A DNA stretch of 63,632 nt, counting the filler, from Fonticula-like sp. SCN 57-25 (Eukaryota): the NCBI GenBank assembly GCA_001724245.1. It is 7 parts of 7 records of this genome, joined end to end, with 100 filler letters (N's around TTAATTAATTAA, not from the genome) between each part and the next. Parts side by side here need not be neighbours in the genome. Positions count along the whole stretch, not along the records: positions 29,899 to 39,336 come from MEDX01000694.1; positions 39,437 to 48,623 come from MEDX01000695.1; 5 more parts are not named here. The stretch is one strand, 5' to 3'. Made by a program: the position numbers and the translations under genes. Position 1 is the first letter of the stretch. Each line of letters opens with the position of its first letter. A model generated the notes under the pieces. That model was not told the origin of the DNA, did no database searches, and saw only the letters and a list, made by a program, of their open reading frames with translations. Below are positions 33,873 to 45,853 of the stretch, piece after piece.

Positions 33873-35048
33873 ATGGAACTGGACAAGTGGTTGAAGCTTA
33901 CTGTCAATTATCAGCACATTGCTGTAATCAAAGCGCAACTTTCTGCTGTGTTGAACTGCTACCCGCACCTCTCTGTGAGTGCTAGTGTGTACCGTACGTG
34001 AAAATTAACACTTTACAATGCACCCTATTAACATTTCCGATGCACCATTACCATTATTCACATTTTCCAATCACATTACCATTTTACACATTTCCGATGC
34101 ATCCTCACCATCATCCTCACCATCCTCATTCACATTTCAACATCTGTTGGAAGAAGACCACGAGAACAATCGGCAATCTAAGCTCCTAACTCTTAATGGA
34201 GATTTGAGCATTAACAACACCGTCGTTCCGATTATCGTCTGGATCAGCGAGTTGTACCCGTTCCATGCACCCTACGTGTACGTGGGGATGTCGAGTGTCG
34301 CAAATAATGTCGATCCTAACGGTCGGTTGCACCTCAAGTACACAACTGGGTGGAGTGCGCAACACGACCTGGTTACACTGATGAAGCACGTTGAAAAATC
34401 GCTGAACACGCAAATTTCTGCTGCGCATCCACCAGTCTATCCTCCCTTGTCACAGGGATCGCCAGTTCAACATGTGCTATTACCGCAACAAGATTGTAAC
34501 TATCTCACTCTCTCTCCCCTGTAAGATAATGTGAAGTGAAGTGGTGTATGTGAAGTGATGTATGTGGAATGTGAAATGGAGTGTAAAAGTGAAGTAGTGT
34601 ATGTGGTATGGTATGTGCAGTGTAATGTAAAAGTGAGAAATACATAGTGGAATATGTGTGTGAAATCTTTGTTACTGTGAATGTGTGCAATATCTACGTG
34701 TTAGATCTCTCTGTGTGCCTGTGGTTTCCTACAATCAACCCATTCTTACGACTGATGCTGCTGCTACAACTCTCAGTGTTCGTTAAAGTGCTCTATGAGA
34801 TTGAAGTTGCGGAGAAGGGGTTAATCAAGGGGGAACGGGCAATGATGCTAAAGAGCGACTGCAACGGAAAACAGTTGATCGCAAAGTTCACCCTCCCATC
34901 CTCTTCACTGTACGACTTGACACATTTCGCACTGTTCAATTCTGCAAACTTTGAGTACGATCCAGACTCACCTCTCTCAGCCCTCTTCCCGAGCAAGGGT
35001 CTCGCCCAGAATGATCCAATTGTGCTACACTTGAAACGTGCTTGGTAA
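33873..35048 (+). CDS. UEV (TSG101/Vps23-like) domain protein with possible C-terminal ubiquitin-like domain, multi-exon
   Basis: LLTLNGDL..PIIVWISELYPFHAPYVYV..NVDPNGRLHLKYTTGW..DLVTLM is a UEV signature. Introns (GTACGT at ~33994, GTAAGA at ~34521) are CA/GT-rich. Exon limits are approximate. Confidence 0.7.
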
Positions 35049-35272
35049 ATTAAAATTCTCAATATTATTTACTCTCTTTTTTCTTCTTCCCAAACAAAAT
35101 CTGATAGACCTTTGAGGGAAAAGATGGCATTTTTCTTTTTACACTCCTTTGCAAGCTCACTCAACGCTTACAAAACCACATTGATTTCTTGCGTGGTGGT
35201 ACACGCAACTGGTGGGGGAAAAACCGAGAACACAGACCAATCGTTGTTGTGTTCATAATCATCAGCATCACA

Positions 35273-38087
35273 TCAGTCGTGGCCATTTGCATACTGCTGC
35301 TTCCCGTGTGGTGCTTGTGGCGGAGGTGGTGCCATTAGCAATGGTGATGGTGTTTTTAGTCTCGAAATGGCTCTTGTTTGCCTTTCAACAACAGATGCAG
35401 AGGGAAGTGCAGCTATCTGTCTTTGATTCTTTTTCTTATTCTTGGTTGCACGATGGGCAACAAGATTAGGATCCTGAAACGAGTGAAACCGATGATGTTG
35501 TTGTTGCTGCTGCTGTGACATGTTTCTCGAGTACTGAGCCGTCTCTCGTGCATTGTCATCTCCAACCAAACGAAGTTTTCTACGGCGCAAGCCAATATCA
35601 TGCAAACTGCGTTGATCAGAGAGCCCCCTCTGCCATTGTTGCTGCTGCTGCCCCCCAATATAGTGTCCAGAAGGGCGATGAGGCTCGTCGTAGTAGTAAA
35701 CATCTTCTGGTTCTTCGTAGTTGCTATTTTTCGTTGATGCATATGTACCTAGGCTACTGCTGGCATTTGTCTTGTAGTACCCTTGTGAATCTTGGTCCTC
35801 ATACTCCCCTTCATCTTCGTCTTCGTCCTCGGAAATAACTTCTCTAAACTCTCTCATGTTGAACAAATCTTCATCCTCCTCGTATCCAACCGACCTTGGT
35901 TGTGTCGCATGCGCAATAATGGCAGATGCGGTGTGGTTCAAAGGGCCCTGTGGGATATTCTCTTGAGAATGATAGGAGGAGAATTCGTCTTCATCAGTAT
36001 ACTCTTCTTCTGCGTTTTCTTCCTTTTCATTATTTGATGTCATGTTGAACTCGTCATTGTTCATGATGAACGGTTCCGAGAGTAAGTCATCAGCTGTTGC
36101 CCGCATAACCGGGTCAATCACGAAGCATTTTGTCAAGAATCTCTTCCCTTCATCTGAAAGATTATCAGGAATAGTCGGTGTCTCGCTGTTCTTTGCTGCT
36201 TCGCGTATGTGGTACAAGATGGCCATCTGATGCCATCGAGGCTGGAAACTTTTCCAGGGGCTCCCATTTGTCAACATTTCAATAATAGTACAACCAAGGC
36301 TCCAGATATCTGCAGCCTTTGTATATCTATGCTCTTTTGAAATCACTTCGGGTCTATTGTTGTGGTGAGCAGAATGGAATACACGAGGAGGGTATATCGC
36401 CATATATTACGCACACTTGCAAACATATACACATATCACACACACACCACACACATCACACACAATCCACATGGATCACAAAGGGTGCACGCAGACAATG
36501 TGTTACATACGCTGTGAAGAGAGGTGTCCCCTTAATGGCACCATCACTCACTGAGCCATCTTCTCCTAGACGCATGGCGTGTCCAAAGTCAGCGAGCTTA
36601 AGAGTACCTATCTCACTGATCAAAATATTTCCACATTTTATATCACAGTGCACAATATTGTTGTCGTGGATGTGCTTGATGGCAAGCAGCAATTGCCTGG
36701 TATACTCTCTCACAACCTTTTCGGGTAACCCGCCGAAGCCATGAGATCCACTCAACAGGTTGGAAATTGAGCCACCAGAAACGTATTCCATGAAGATCTG
36801 CACAATCTTATCTTGGCGTGCCATTGCCATGTATCTTACAATATGCGGGTAATGAAGCGATGCCAAAATATCAATCTCCTTTGCGATTTCTTTGACTGGA
36901 AAATTGTCCATGTTGATTTCCTTTACCACCATGAAGCGAAAGTTATTCAAATTAATGCACAGATGCACTACTCCAGAGACTAAACTGAGTGTGAGAAACA
37001 AATAGCAACCACAACCACAACAAACATCACACATGCACCGTTCCCATACAGTGATCACTCAACATGTACCACACCACAAATGTACCACATATATATCACA
37101 CTTGTGCTATTCGTACCAACCAAATCATGTACACTACACATGCACCACAACATTCCAGATCACATCACAATACTTTACATTTCACACACTACTTGTCACA
37201 AAAGAAACAAACTGACCTCCAGTGCCAATTACGGGACCCTTGAGCCATTGAAGAGGGTTGCCAATGAGCAGTGTTCCACTCTGGTGATGATGGTGTGCTG
37301 GTGCACTCGGCGACTTTGGAGTGCGCGTCGGTGTGATGGGCGTCGACTGCGCAAAGAATGTGTCCTGGGTGCCCGCGATGATCTTCACAGGTTTCTGCTG
37401 CTGGCCAAAGAAGCTCAGACAGTGCTTCCAGTCGCTCTCGTTGGTGACCGTGATGAACTCGTCCTCGTCGTCCGCATACACGAGCGTGGTGATTGCGCAT
37501 GGCGGAGGGAAGATCTCCACGACGCGGCGGAACAGCTCGCCAAACTGGCACCCCCTCTCAACCTCAAAACGACGGATCTGCCCCTCGTACTGCACTTTGA
37601 TGGCAGTGTTGCTGCTACCGAGGTGCAGTTTTGGTGGTGCGTTCGCCAGCATCCAATTGGCACTGCCAGTACTAGTAGTGCTTGGTGTCAACGTTTGGTT
37701 GTTATACGGTGGGAGTGCTGTTTGGTTGTTGTTGTTGTGGGATGAGGATGAGAGTGCTGTTTGGTTATTGTTGTGAGATGAGGATGAGAGTGCTGTTTCC
37801 TTGTTGTAAGATGGGAGTGTTGCTTCGTTCTTGTAAGATGGGAGCATTGTTTGGTTATTATTGTTATTGTTGGATGGAGGTGGGAGTGCAGTTTCGTGAA
37901 TGTGGGAAGAGGAAGATGGTGTGATTTGTGGTTGATGGTCGCAATTTGTAAGCAATCGCTCGTCGCGAGTTGCTGGAGATTGTGGACGAAGTGGTTTTTC
38001 GTTGCAAGTTGCTAGCGACTGCAATTGTGGTGGCGACGGCTGTTCGTTGCGCGTCGCCACTGTATGCAAAGAATGATTGTTGTTCAT
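35273..38087 (-). CDS. PB1-domain MAP kinase kinase kinase (STE11/MEKK2/3-like), multi-exon
   Basis: PB1 IKVQYEGQIRRF..YADDEDEFITVTNESDW. Kinase WLKGPVIGTG|VSGVV, VVKEI, FMEYVSGGS, HCDIKCGN, ADFG, GTPLFT|APEV, ADIWSLGCTIIEM, assembled across two GT-AG introns. Confidence 0.9.
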
Positions 38088-39015
38088 ACAGGCTCAATAA
38101 ATTGGGTTGAAGTAGAAGAAATGGAGCGCACGCGCATCTATTGTCGATGCAGATCCTCTCCTTGCGTCTCGGTTTTTTTCAAGTCAACTGAGGTTCGTTT
38201 TTAGGTTTTGCAGAGTTCCAGCACAAGCTGACTCTGCTATGTGAGCAAGGGGGAGCGAGGTGTTCCATGGGCCTTGGAATTAACTTCAAGTTTAGCAGTG
38301 TGGTCCAAATTGAAGAAATGGGTCAATCACAACTGATGGACGGTGATGCAAGGGGATTCGTTCGTTTTGTCCAGAATTTAGCAAACTATACAAGTACGGT
38401 TGCAACTGGAGGAAACTGGTTGCATCACTTTTTTGTTGCATTTAGGTGTCTTATCCTCACTTTAGACCGAAGCACGTTATGATCAACCAAAACTCAGAGT
38501 ACGAAACTCGAGCACTCTTCTTCATTGCTTTTGTTGTCACACAATCCTCACAACAACCACTTCCTAAAGAATCACTGTTCACTTGTGCATCCATTTTTAG
38601 CGTTGCACAGTCTCAAATTTCCAAGACACCAAAGTCTAACAGTCTGTTCGGTTTTACTTCTTCTCAGCAACTCAGTGATGTTGTACGCTTATCCCACAGC
38701 AACTTTTCTTTGAAACTTGTTCTCTTGTGTTTTCCTTCGTTTACGGTCAACTGAATAACCGAATAAATACCGTAATTGGTTGTTGGATGTGACCTCTTGC
38801 ACAATAGAAACACTTACTGTAACAAACAAGGGTTTACTTTTTTCTTGCTCCACTAGCCATTGTAAGGAAGACCAACCCAACATACTTCTTAACCTTTCAG
38901 TTCAAGTGATACAGATTTCTTCTGGAAACGAAAAGTTGTTTGGAAATGAAACAGGTTCATGATTTAGTTGACCATTCTTGTTTTCCGCACCACACAGTAA
39001 TTTTAACCAAAACAA

Positions 39016-39336
39016 ATGGAAAACATTGTCTGCCAATTCTGCCACCAACTACGTGATGAATATGTGTTTTTGCAATGCAAGCATCCCATCTGTTCAAAAT
39101 GTGTTCAATCGCAGTTTCCCTTTGATTGCCATCAGAAACGATGTGTTGGTGTTGTAGGGATAGTTAAGCAGATGAAGAAGACCCGTTACAAAAAGCAAAC
39201 AGTCAACATTTGCTGTCCCGTTTGCAATAAGAAAACAATTTTGAATTTCTCACATGGAAATATCAAATTAACAAACGATCAGCAATTGTCAGTTGCCAAT
39301 GATGGATTGAAAGAGAACAAGCAACAACAACACATT
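39016..39336 (+). CDS. RING finger (C3HC4) protein, 3'-partial
   Basis: CQFC..CKHPICSKC..CPVC. Confidence 0.7.
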
Positions 39337-39436
39337 NNNNNNNNNNNNNNNNNNNNNNNNNNNNNNNNNNNNNNNNNNNNTTAATTAATTAANNNNNNNN
39401 NNNNNNNNNNNNNNNNNNNNNNNNNNNNNNNNNNNN
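39337..39436. other. artificial contig linker
   Basis: N44-TTAATTAATTAA-N44. Confidence 0.99.
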
Positions 39437-40404
39437 TGGCAACATTGTGCTTGGTCGTATTAATGGTCACGTGGAATTGTGGCAAACTGATCCTTATATT
39501 GCACCCCATATTGGCCTTCCCATCCATTCGTGCATTCGTGAGCGACTGGCCAAGGCACAGGCAGAAGCCCATGACATTGAGGCGGCACTTAGTATGGCAA
39601 ATGGCGATATTCATCTGCGTGAGCAAGAACTGAAAGACTCGATTGCCAACCTCGAGGCCAAATGTGCGTGTTCAATATTATATCACGTGACCATCTACTA
39701 ACATGTAGTTATGATATCATACCGGGATGGTAGTGGTGAGAGAGAAAAAGGCACTAGAGCAACTGCATCATCTAAAGTCTATGGCAGAGTCACGTGATTT
39801 CGCTAAGCTGAATGAGCGCCATAATGAACTACTTGGCATCATTCATGTTTGCACGCAGACACTTGACAGCTTGACACACTGCTTGTCTGTGTCGGGATTG
39901 GAGGACCTTCGCGGTGCCGCCTTCAACGAATGGCTGTGTGACATTGGTCTTGGCAAACTACAAACTGCCTTGAAAGATGTTGACGGAATTTCCCTGACGA
40001 TGCTCAATGTGGGCGACGTCTTTGGCATTGACGATGACGTCACCTTCAATGATGCCGCTACCCTTCAACTATGTGGCTACATGGCTCATTACAAGCTGAG
40101 TAATGACAGGGCATTTACCCCGCCACGTGACAGCGTATTATCATGGGACAAAGAGCAAACTGCAAACTGGATTGGTTCACTTGGTGATCAATATTATTCT
40201 CTTGCTGCTGCTGGCTGGCATGGTGCTGCCTTATGTTCACTTTCACCGCCACGCGTCATTGAGGCATCGAAAGGAAAATTCAAGGCAAATGACGCAGTAA
40301 AGTTTATCGACCTTGTCAAGGCCCTGAGGAAGGAAATAGACGGCGACAAGGACGAGTGGGTACCAAAGTGGAGTGGATCGATTCCCATCGAGCGTAAGGC
40401 TTAA
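39437..40404 (+). CDS. WD40-coiled coil-SAM-SAM protein, copy A, 5'-partial
   Basis: Last WD strand (GRINGHVELW), coiled coil, then SAM-like FNEWLCDIGLGKL..DVDGISLTMLN and SWDKEQTANWIGSL..HGAALCSL. Confidence 0.65.
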
Positions 40405-40756
40405 GCTGGTTTTTGCCTCTCTATTGTAGTACTTATTCAATTGAGCTATCCTGTATGTCTGTAATATTCTGTCCTTAATAATAGTATGTATGCCCAGCAT
40501 GACAAGAGCAAAAACTGGACATTTTGTCCTTTCGTGGCCAGACGAACACCCTGCTTTCCCGTTACCCGCAGCTCTTTGCATTCCCAGAACCTACTTCGAG
40601 CTACCTCGCCATCTCTTCAGGTAAACATCCGATCGGACCGATCCTTATCGGAACGATCATGTGACACATATCACGTGATCATTCTTGCGAGCCGCAGCCA
40701 GTGGCTCAGCGGCGATTGCGAAGTTGCGAAGGGGCCTATTTTCTGCGCACTCAGTC

Positions 40757-42999
40757 ATGTGGCATGGTGGGTGGATGCCGGACAATATAGTGATGAAAGT
40801 GGTGGTACACACCCTTTGGTTTAGTTTTTCTCCGGAAATTGTTAGTCTGGCACTGAGTGGGATCGGAGCAACGTTGTCTAACAGACGGAGTGAGCTGAGC
40901 CTGGCGAGCGTGGAAGGCGAAGCTCCGAAACAGATCAAGCGGGCGGCTATTAGGTTGCATGACCAATTGGTACGTCGCTAGTTTTTGTTCTTCCGCTGAT
41001 CTGATGCTGGTTGTGTTGACAGGTGAATGCGTGCGCGATTTCCCCCGACGGCACTTTTGTGGCAACTGCCAGTGACATGTCACTTTGCATCACCAACATT
41101 CCTACACAGCAAAAGGTGTGCACTGTGGAGTGTGATCACCAAGTACGTGTATATTTGTTGTATTTTTTTCTGACACCACACCGAGGTACGGGATGTCGCG
41201 TGGTCGCCCGACGGGACGCGTCTTGTCGCTGTAACTGATGACGGCAGTGTCATCCAAGTCACAAGCAACAATGCGCTCTTGATCGTGCACAAGATCAATA
41301 AGGCCGTATGCATAACTATTATGTGCGGCTCTTATTTGCTCATCCCTTGTCTAGCTATGGGGATGCGCGTTCAGTCCTCGTGGGATTGTTGCTGTCGGTG
41401 GACTTGATAGCGCGGTGACACTCTTGGATCCGTCCAACAACTATGCAGTTATCGAAACATTGACTGGATTGGCTAATGATGTGCGTCAATGTACGTATCG
41501 TCTTTCTTTTTCTCACGGTTTTGAATGCTACTCAGGTGCGCTGCGTCGCCTTTTCCCTCGACGGAAATCTTCTTGCCGCGGGATCTGGTGTTGGCCACGT
41601 GTACATTTATCGACTGACCAATGGCAAATGGGAGCAAGTATCATGTACCAAGTATCATTCTCGTCAAGTATGTGATACTATTCGTACTATTTTATTACTA
41701 ACTGCAATTAGATCACTTCGCTCTGCTTCAGTCCCACTGGCCGTATGCTATTGGTCACAAGTAATGACAAGACTGCTTCCATCTGGAAGGTTCCATCCAA
41801 TGCCACGTGGCCGACCACTCCTCACGTGACACTCAAGGGACACACGAATGCTCTCTATGGCGGCGCTTTTCTCGGTGACGAGTCTCACGTGATCACTGCG
41901 TCGGAGGACAAATCCCTGCTTATTTGGCGCACCTCTGATGGAGTGAAATCTGCAAACTACGAGTGCAGTGGCGGGGTGTGTAACTTGCTTGTCTATTATT
42001 ATCACTTACCAAGGTTGTATAGATTCATGCGTTGTCGTTTCATGCTATGTCTGGTCTCATTGTCATTGGTGTCAATGATGGCCAAGTTGAAATGTGGCAA
42101 ACTGCTCCTCATATTGCACCCCATATTGGCCTCCCAATTCAGACATGCCTTCGCGAGCAGCAGGCGGACGCACGGGCACAAGTGAAGGATATTGAGGCAA
42201 TTCTTGAAGAGGAGGCTAGTGGATTACGTCAGCAAATGGCACGTGAGCAGGAACTCATGCGAACGATTGCCGACCTTGAGGCCAGATGTGCGTGCATGAT
42301 ATCACGTGCGAAAGTGCTGACAATGTCATCACAGTGGCGACCGAGAAAAAGGCACTGAGGGAACTGCAAACTGTCGAGTATATCCTACAGTCACGTGAAT
42401 TGAACAAGCTGATGGAGCGCCACAATGAACTACTTGGCATCATCAATGTCTGCACCGAGGCGCTTGACAGCTTGACAGATTGCCTATCTGTTTCGGGATT
42501 GGAGGACCTTCGCGGTGATGCGTTTAACGAATGGCTATGCGACATTGGCATGTGCAAACTGCAAACTGCTCTCAAGAGCATTAATGGAAACACGCTTACG
42601 ATGCTCAACGTTGAACACGTGATGGACTATGGTGTGTCATTCTCTGACGCGGCTGCCCTTCAACTGCGCGCCTATATTGCACACAACAAGCTGAGTGATG
42701 ACAGCGCATTTTCCCCGCCACATGACAGTGTTATATCATGGGATGACAAGCAAACTGCAAACTGGATCGAGTCACTTGATGCTGCTTTTCATTGTCTTGC
42801 TGCTGCTGGCTGGCATGGTGCTGCCTTGTGTTCACTTTCGCCACCACGTGTAGTGGAAGCATCGAAAGGAGCGCTCAAGGCAAATGACGCAGTTAAGTTT
42901 TTCGGACTCGTTCGCCAATTACGAAATGAAACGGACGGTGAGAAGTCCACGTGGGTGGCAAAGTGGACTGGATCGATTCCCATTGAGCACCAGGCCTAG
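40757..42999 (+). CDS. WD40-coiled coil-SAM-SAM protein, copy B, multi-exon
   Basis: WD40 exons (CAISPDG, VAWSPDG, VAFSLDG, TSNDKTASIW, LKGHTN..TASEDKSLLIW) separated by short introns, then the same SAM-SAM tail. Start codon inferred. Confidence 0.7.
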
Positions 43000-43344
43000 C
43001 ATTGTTTTGTAATTTTTTGTCTTGTCAATTTTGAGTACCCTTTCTGCCTATACTATCGTATCCTGAATATTGAGTGCGCCCAACACAGAAAGAGCGTGAC
43101 TCATTTTTGTGCCAAAGAACACTTTTGAGGTCAGAAAGACACCTTTGCTTTCCTTTTACGCGTCGCTCTTCATTTCCCGCCAGATGTTTTCGTTCTCCAA
43201 TGCCATTGGTCCACCAACTTTCCAAACCAGGAACACATCTGAATCCGCCCTTGTCAAATACACCGATCACGTGACAGACTTTGCAGCAGACACTTCTTGC
43301 GGCGGCGAGCAGCGAAGCGGCCGACTTTTTCCGCGGGATCTGCC

Positions 43345-45573
43345 ATGTTTCGCGGTTGGTGGTCGTCGGAAGGGAAAGCGGCAAGTGCGGTGGAAGGCGA
43401 AGCTCCGAAACTGGTCAAGCGCGCGGCTACTAGATTGCACACGGACTCGGTGCGTATCTCGATCATGATGTGCTGCAGCTGCTGCTGGTCTGATGCTGAA
43501 GATTGTGTTTGCAGGTGAGGGCGTGTGCGATTTTCCCCGATGGCACTTTGGTAGCAACTGGCAGTTGGGGCATGTCGCTTTGCATCACCAACATTACCAC
43601 GCAAGAAAAATTGTACACTGCGCAGTGTGATGGTGGTGTACGTGCCCATTTGTCCTCCTTTATTCTGACAGACTGACGCCACAATCAACAAGGTGCGGGA
43701 TATCGCGTGGTCGCCCGATGGAAGGCGTCTTGTCGCCGTGACAAATGGCGGTAGTGTCATTGAAGTTACTAACAATAATGCGCACTCGACCGTGTACAAA
43801 ATCAGCAAGGAGGTATGCATCATGCTTGTCGCTCTTTCTTTGCTCAAAACTTGTCTAGTTGTGTGGATGCGCGTTCAGTCCCAGCGGCATCCTGGCCGTG
43901 GGCGGGTGGGGTTGCTCAGTTACACTTTTGAATGCATTAAGTGATTATTCAGTTATTGAGTCATTCGAGAAACCATCTGAGAGCGTGCGGTAACAAATTA
44001 ATTTTATGGGTTGTTCACGGTCTGTGATGCAGGGTGATACTGGCCTTGAAGGCACAAGCATAATGGTGCGTTCAGTTATTCCTTCTTACTGTTGTTCACG
44101 TGGAACGAGTAGGTGAATTGTCTTGCCTTTTCGCCCAATGGGAATCTTCTTGCCGCAGGATGTTCCAGTGGTCACTTGTACATTTATGGACTGACCAATG
44201 GCAAGTGGGAGCAAGTGGCATATACCAAGTTTCACTCTCAAATGGTACGATACTTTTCGTACTATTCTCACTACTAATTGATACTAGATCACTTCGCTCT
44301 GCTTCAGTCCCTCTGGCCAAATGCTATTGGTCACAAGTGCTGACTCTACTGCTTCCATCTGGAATGTTCCATCTGGAACCAAATGGTCATCCACTCCTCA
44401 CGTGTCACTCAAGGGGCACACGAATGATGTCGATGGCGGTGCCTTTCTCGGTGACGAGTCGCACGTGATCACTGGGTCATTTGATAATTCCCTCCGCATT
44501 TGGCGCACGTCTGATGGAGTGCAAACTGCAAAATACGAATGTGGACAGGTGCGCCATGCTCTGTCTAATTATATCACTCACCAATGTTGTATAGGTGTAT
44601 GCTTTGTCATATCATGCTGCGTCTGGCAACATCGTTGTTGGTCTTCGTAGTGGTCACGTGGAAATGTGGCAGACTGATCCTCATATTGCACCTGATATGG
44701 CACTTCCCATTCATGGGTGCATTCGTGAGCGGCTGACAATTGCACAGGCACAAGTAAAAGATATTGACTCGGTACTCGAAAAGGCTGACAGTGCACTACG
44801 TCAACAGATGTCACGTGAGCTGGAACTCAAGCGCTCGATTGCCGATCTCGAAGCCAAATGTGCGTACATGCTATCATGAGGTATATCTTCTAATATGACG
44901 GTGTGTAGTGGCACGTGACAAAAGTGAACTGCAGGAACTACAAACTGCCGAGTATATTGCGCAGTCACGTGATATGCCCAAGCTGATGGAGCGCCAAAAT
45001 GCCTTGCTTGGCATCATTGATGCCTGCACGCAGACACTTGACAGCTTGACAGATTGCTTTTCTGTTTCCGGATTGGAGAATGTTCGCGGTGATGCGTTTA
45101 ACGAATGGCTCTGTGACATTGGCATGAGCAAACTGCAAACTGCTCTCAAGAGCATTAATGGCAGCACGCTGATGATGCTCAACGTTGAACACGTGATGGA
45201 CAACGGTGTGTCATTTAATGATGCCACTACACTTCTGCTTCGTGCCTACATTGCACACAACAAGCTGAGTGATGACAGCGCATTTGCCCCGCCACGTGGC
45301 ACTGTTTTATCATGGGATAAAGCGCAAACTGCAAACTGGATCAAGTCACTTGATGACTCATATTCTTCTCTTGCTGCTGCTGGCTGGCATGGCGCTGCCT
45401 TATGTTCACTTTCGCCGCCACGTGTCATTGAAGCATCGAAAGGTGAACTTCAGGCACCAGATGCAGTAAAGTTCATCAACCTTGTCAAGGCAAAGCGGAA
45501 TGAAACATACGTTGATAAGGCCACGTGGGTGGCAAAGTGGACTGGGTCGATTCCCATCGAGCATCAGGTCTAG
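43345..45573 (+). CDS. WD40-coiled coil-SAM-SAM protein, copy C, multi-exon
   Basis: Paralog of copy B from ATG 43345 (MFRGWW..VEGEAPK); LKGHTNDV..TGSFDNSLRIW; SAM-SAM tail ending IPIEHQV. Confidence 0.7.
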
Positions 45574-45853
45574 TTTTACGTTCTCATTCTTGTTTTCTTT
45601 CTTGTTTTCATAATTGTTTTCTTGTTTCCTTTGTTGATTCTCGATTGAGTACATCTTTGTCTGTTAATCTTTTCATCTTGCTAGCACACCCATAATCAAT
45701 TCCATATCCTTTCCGCGTAACTTCTATATTTGTGATCAATATAGTATCTTTCAACTCAACTTCTTTCTAGCCAAAATATCAAACACAGTAAACTGCAATA
45801 TGTCTCATTCATTGTCTATTCTCATACAATACAAAATGTCTATAACTTCTCGA

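Noticed and set aside
38446-38962. RCC1-like repeat remnant (LTVTNKGLLFSC, VIQISSG)
   Set aside because: Broken frames and no GQLG motif; insufficient support.
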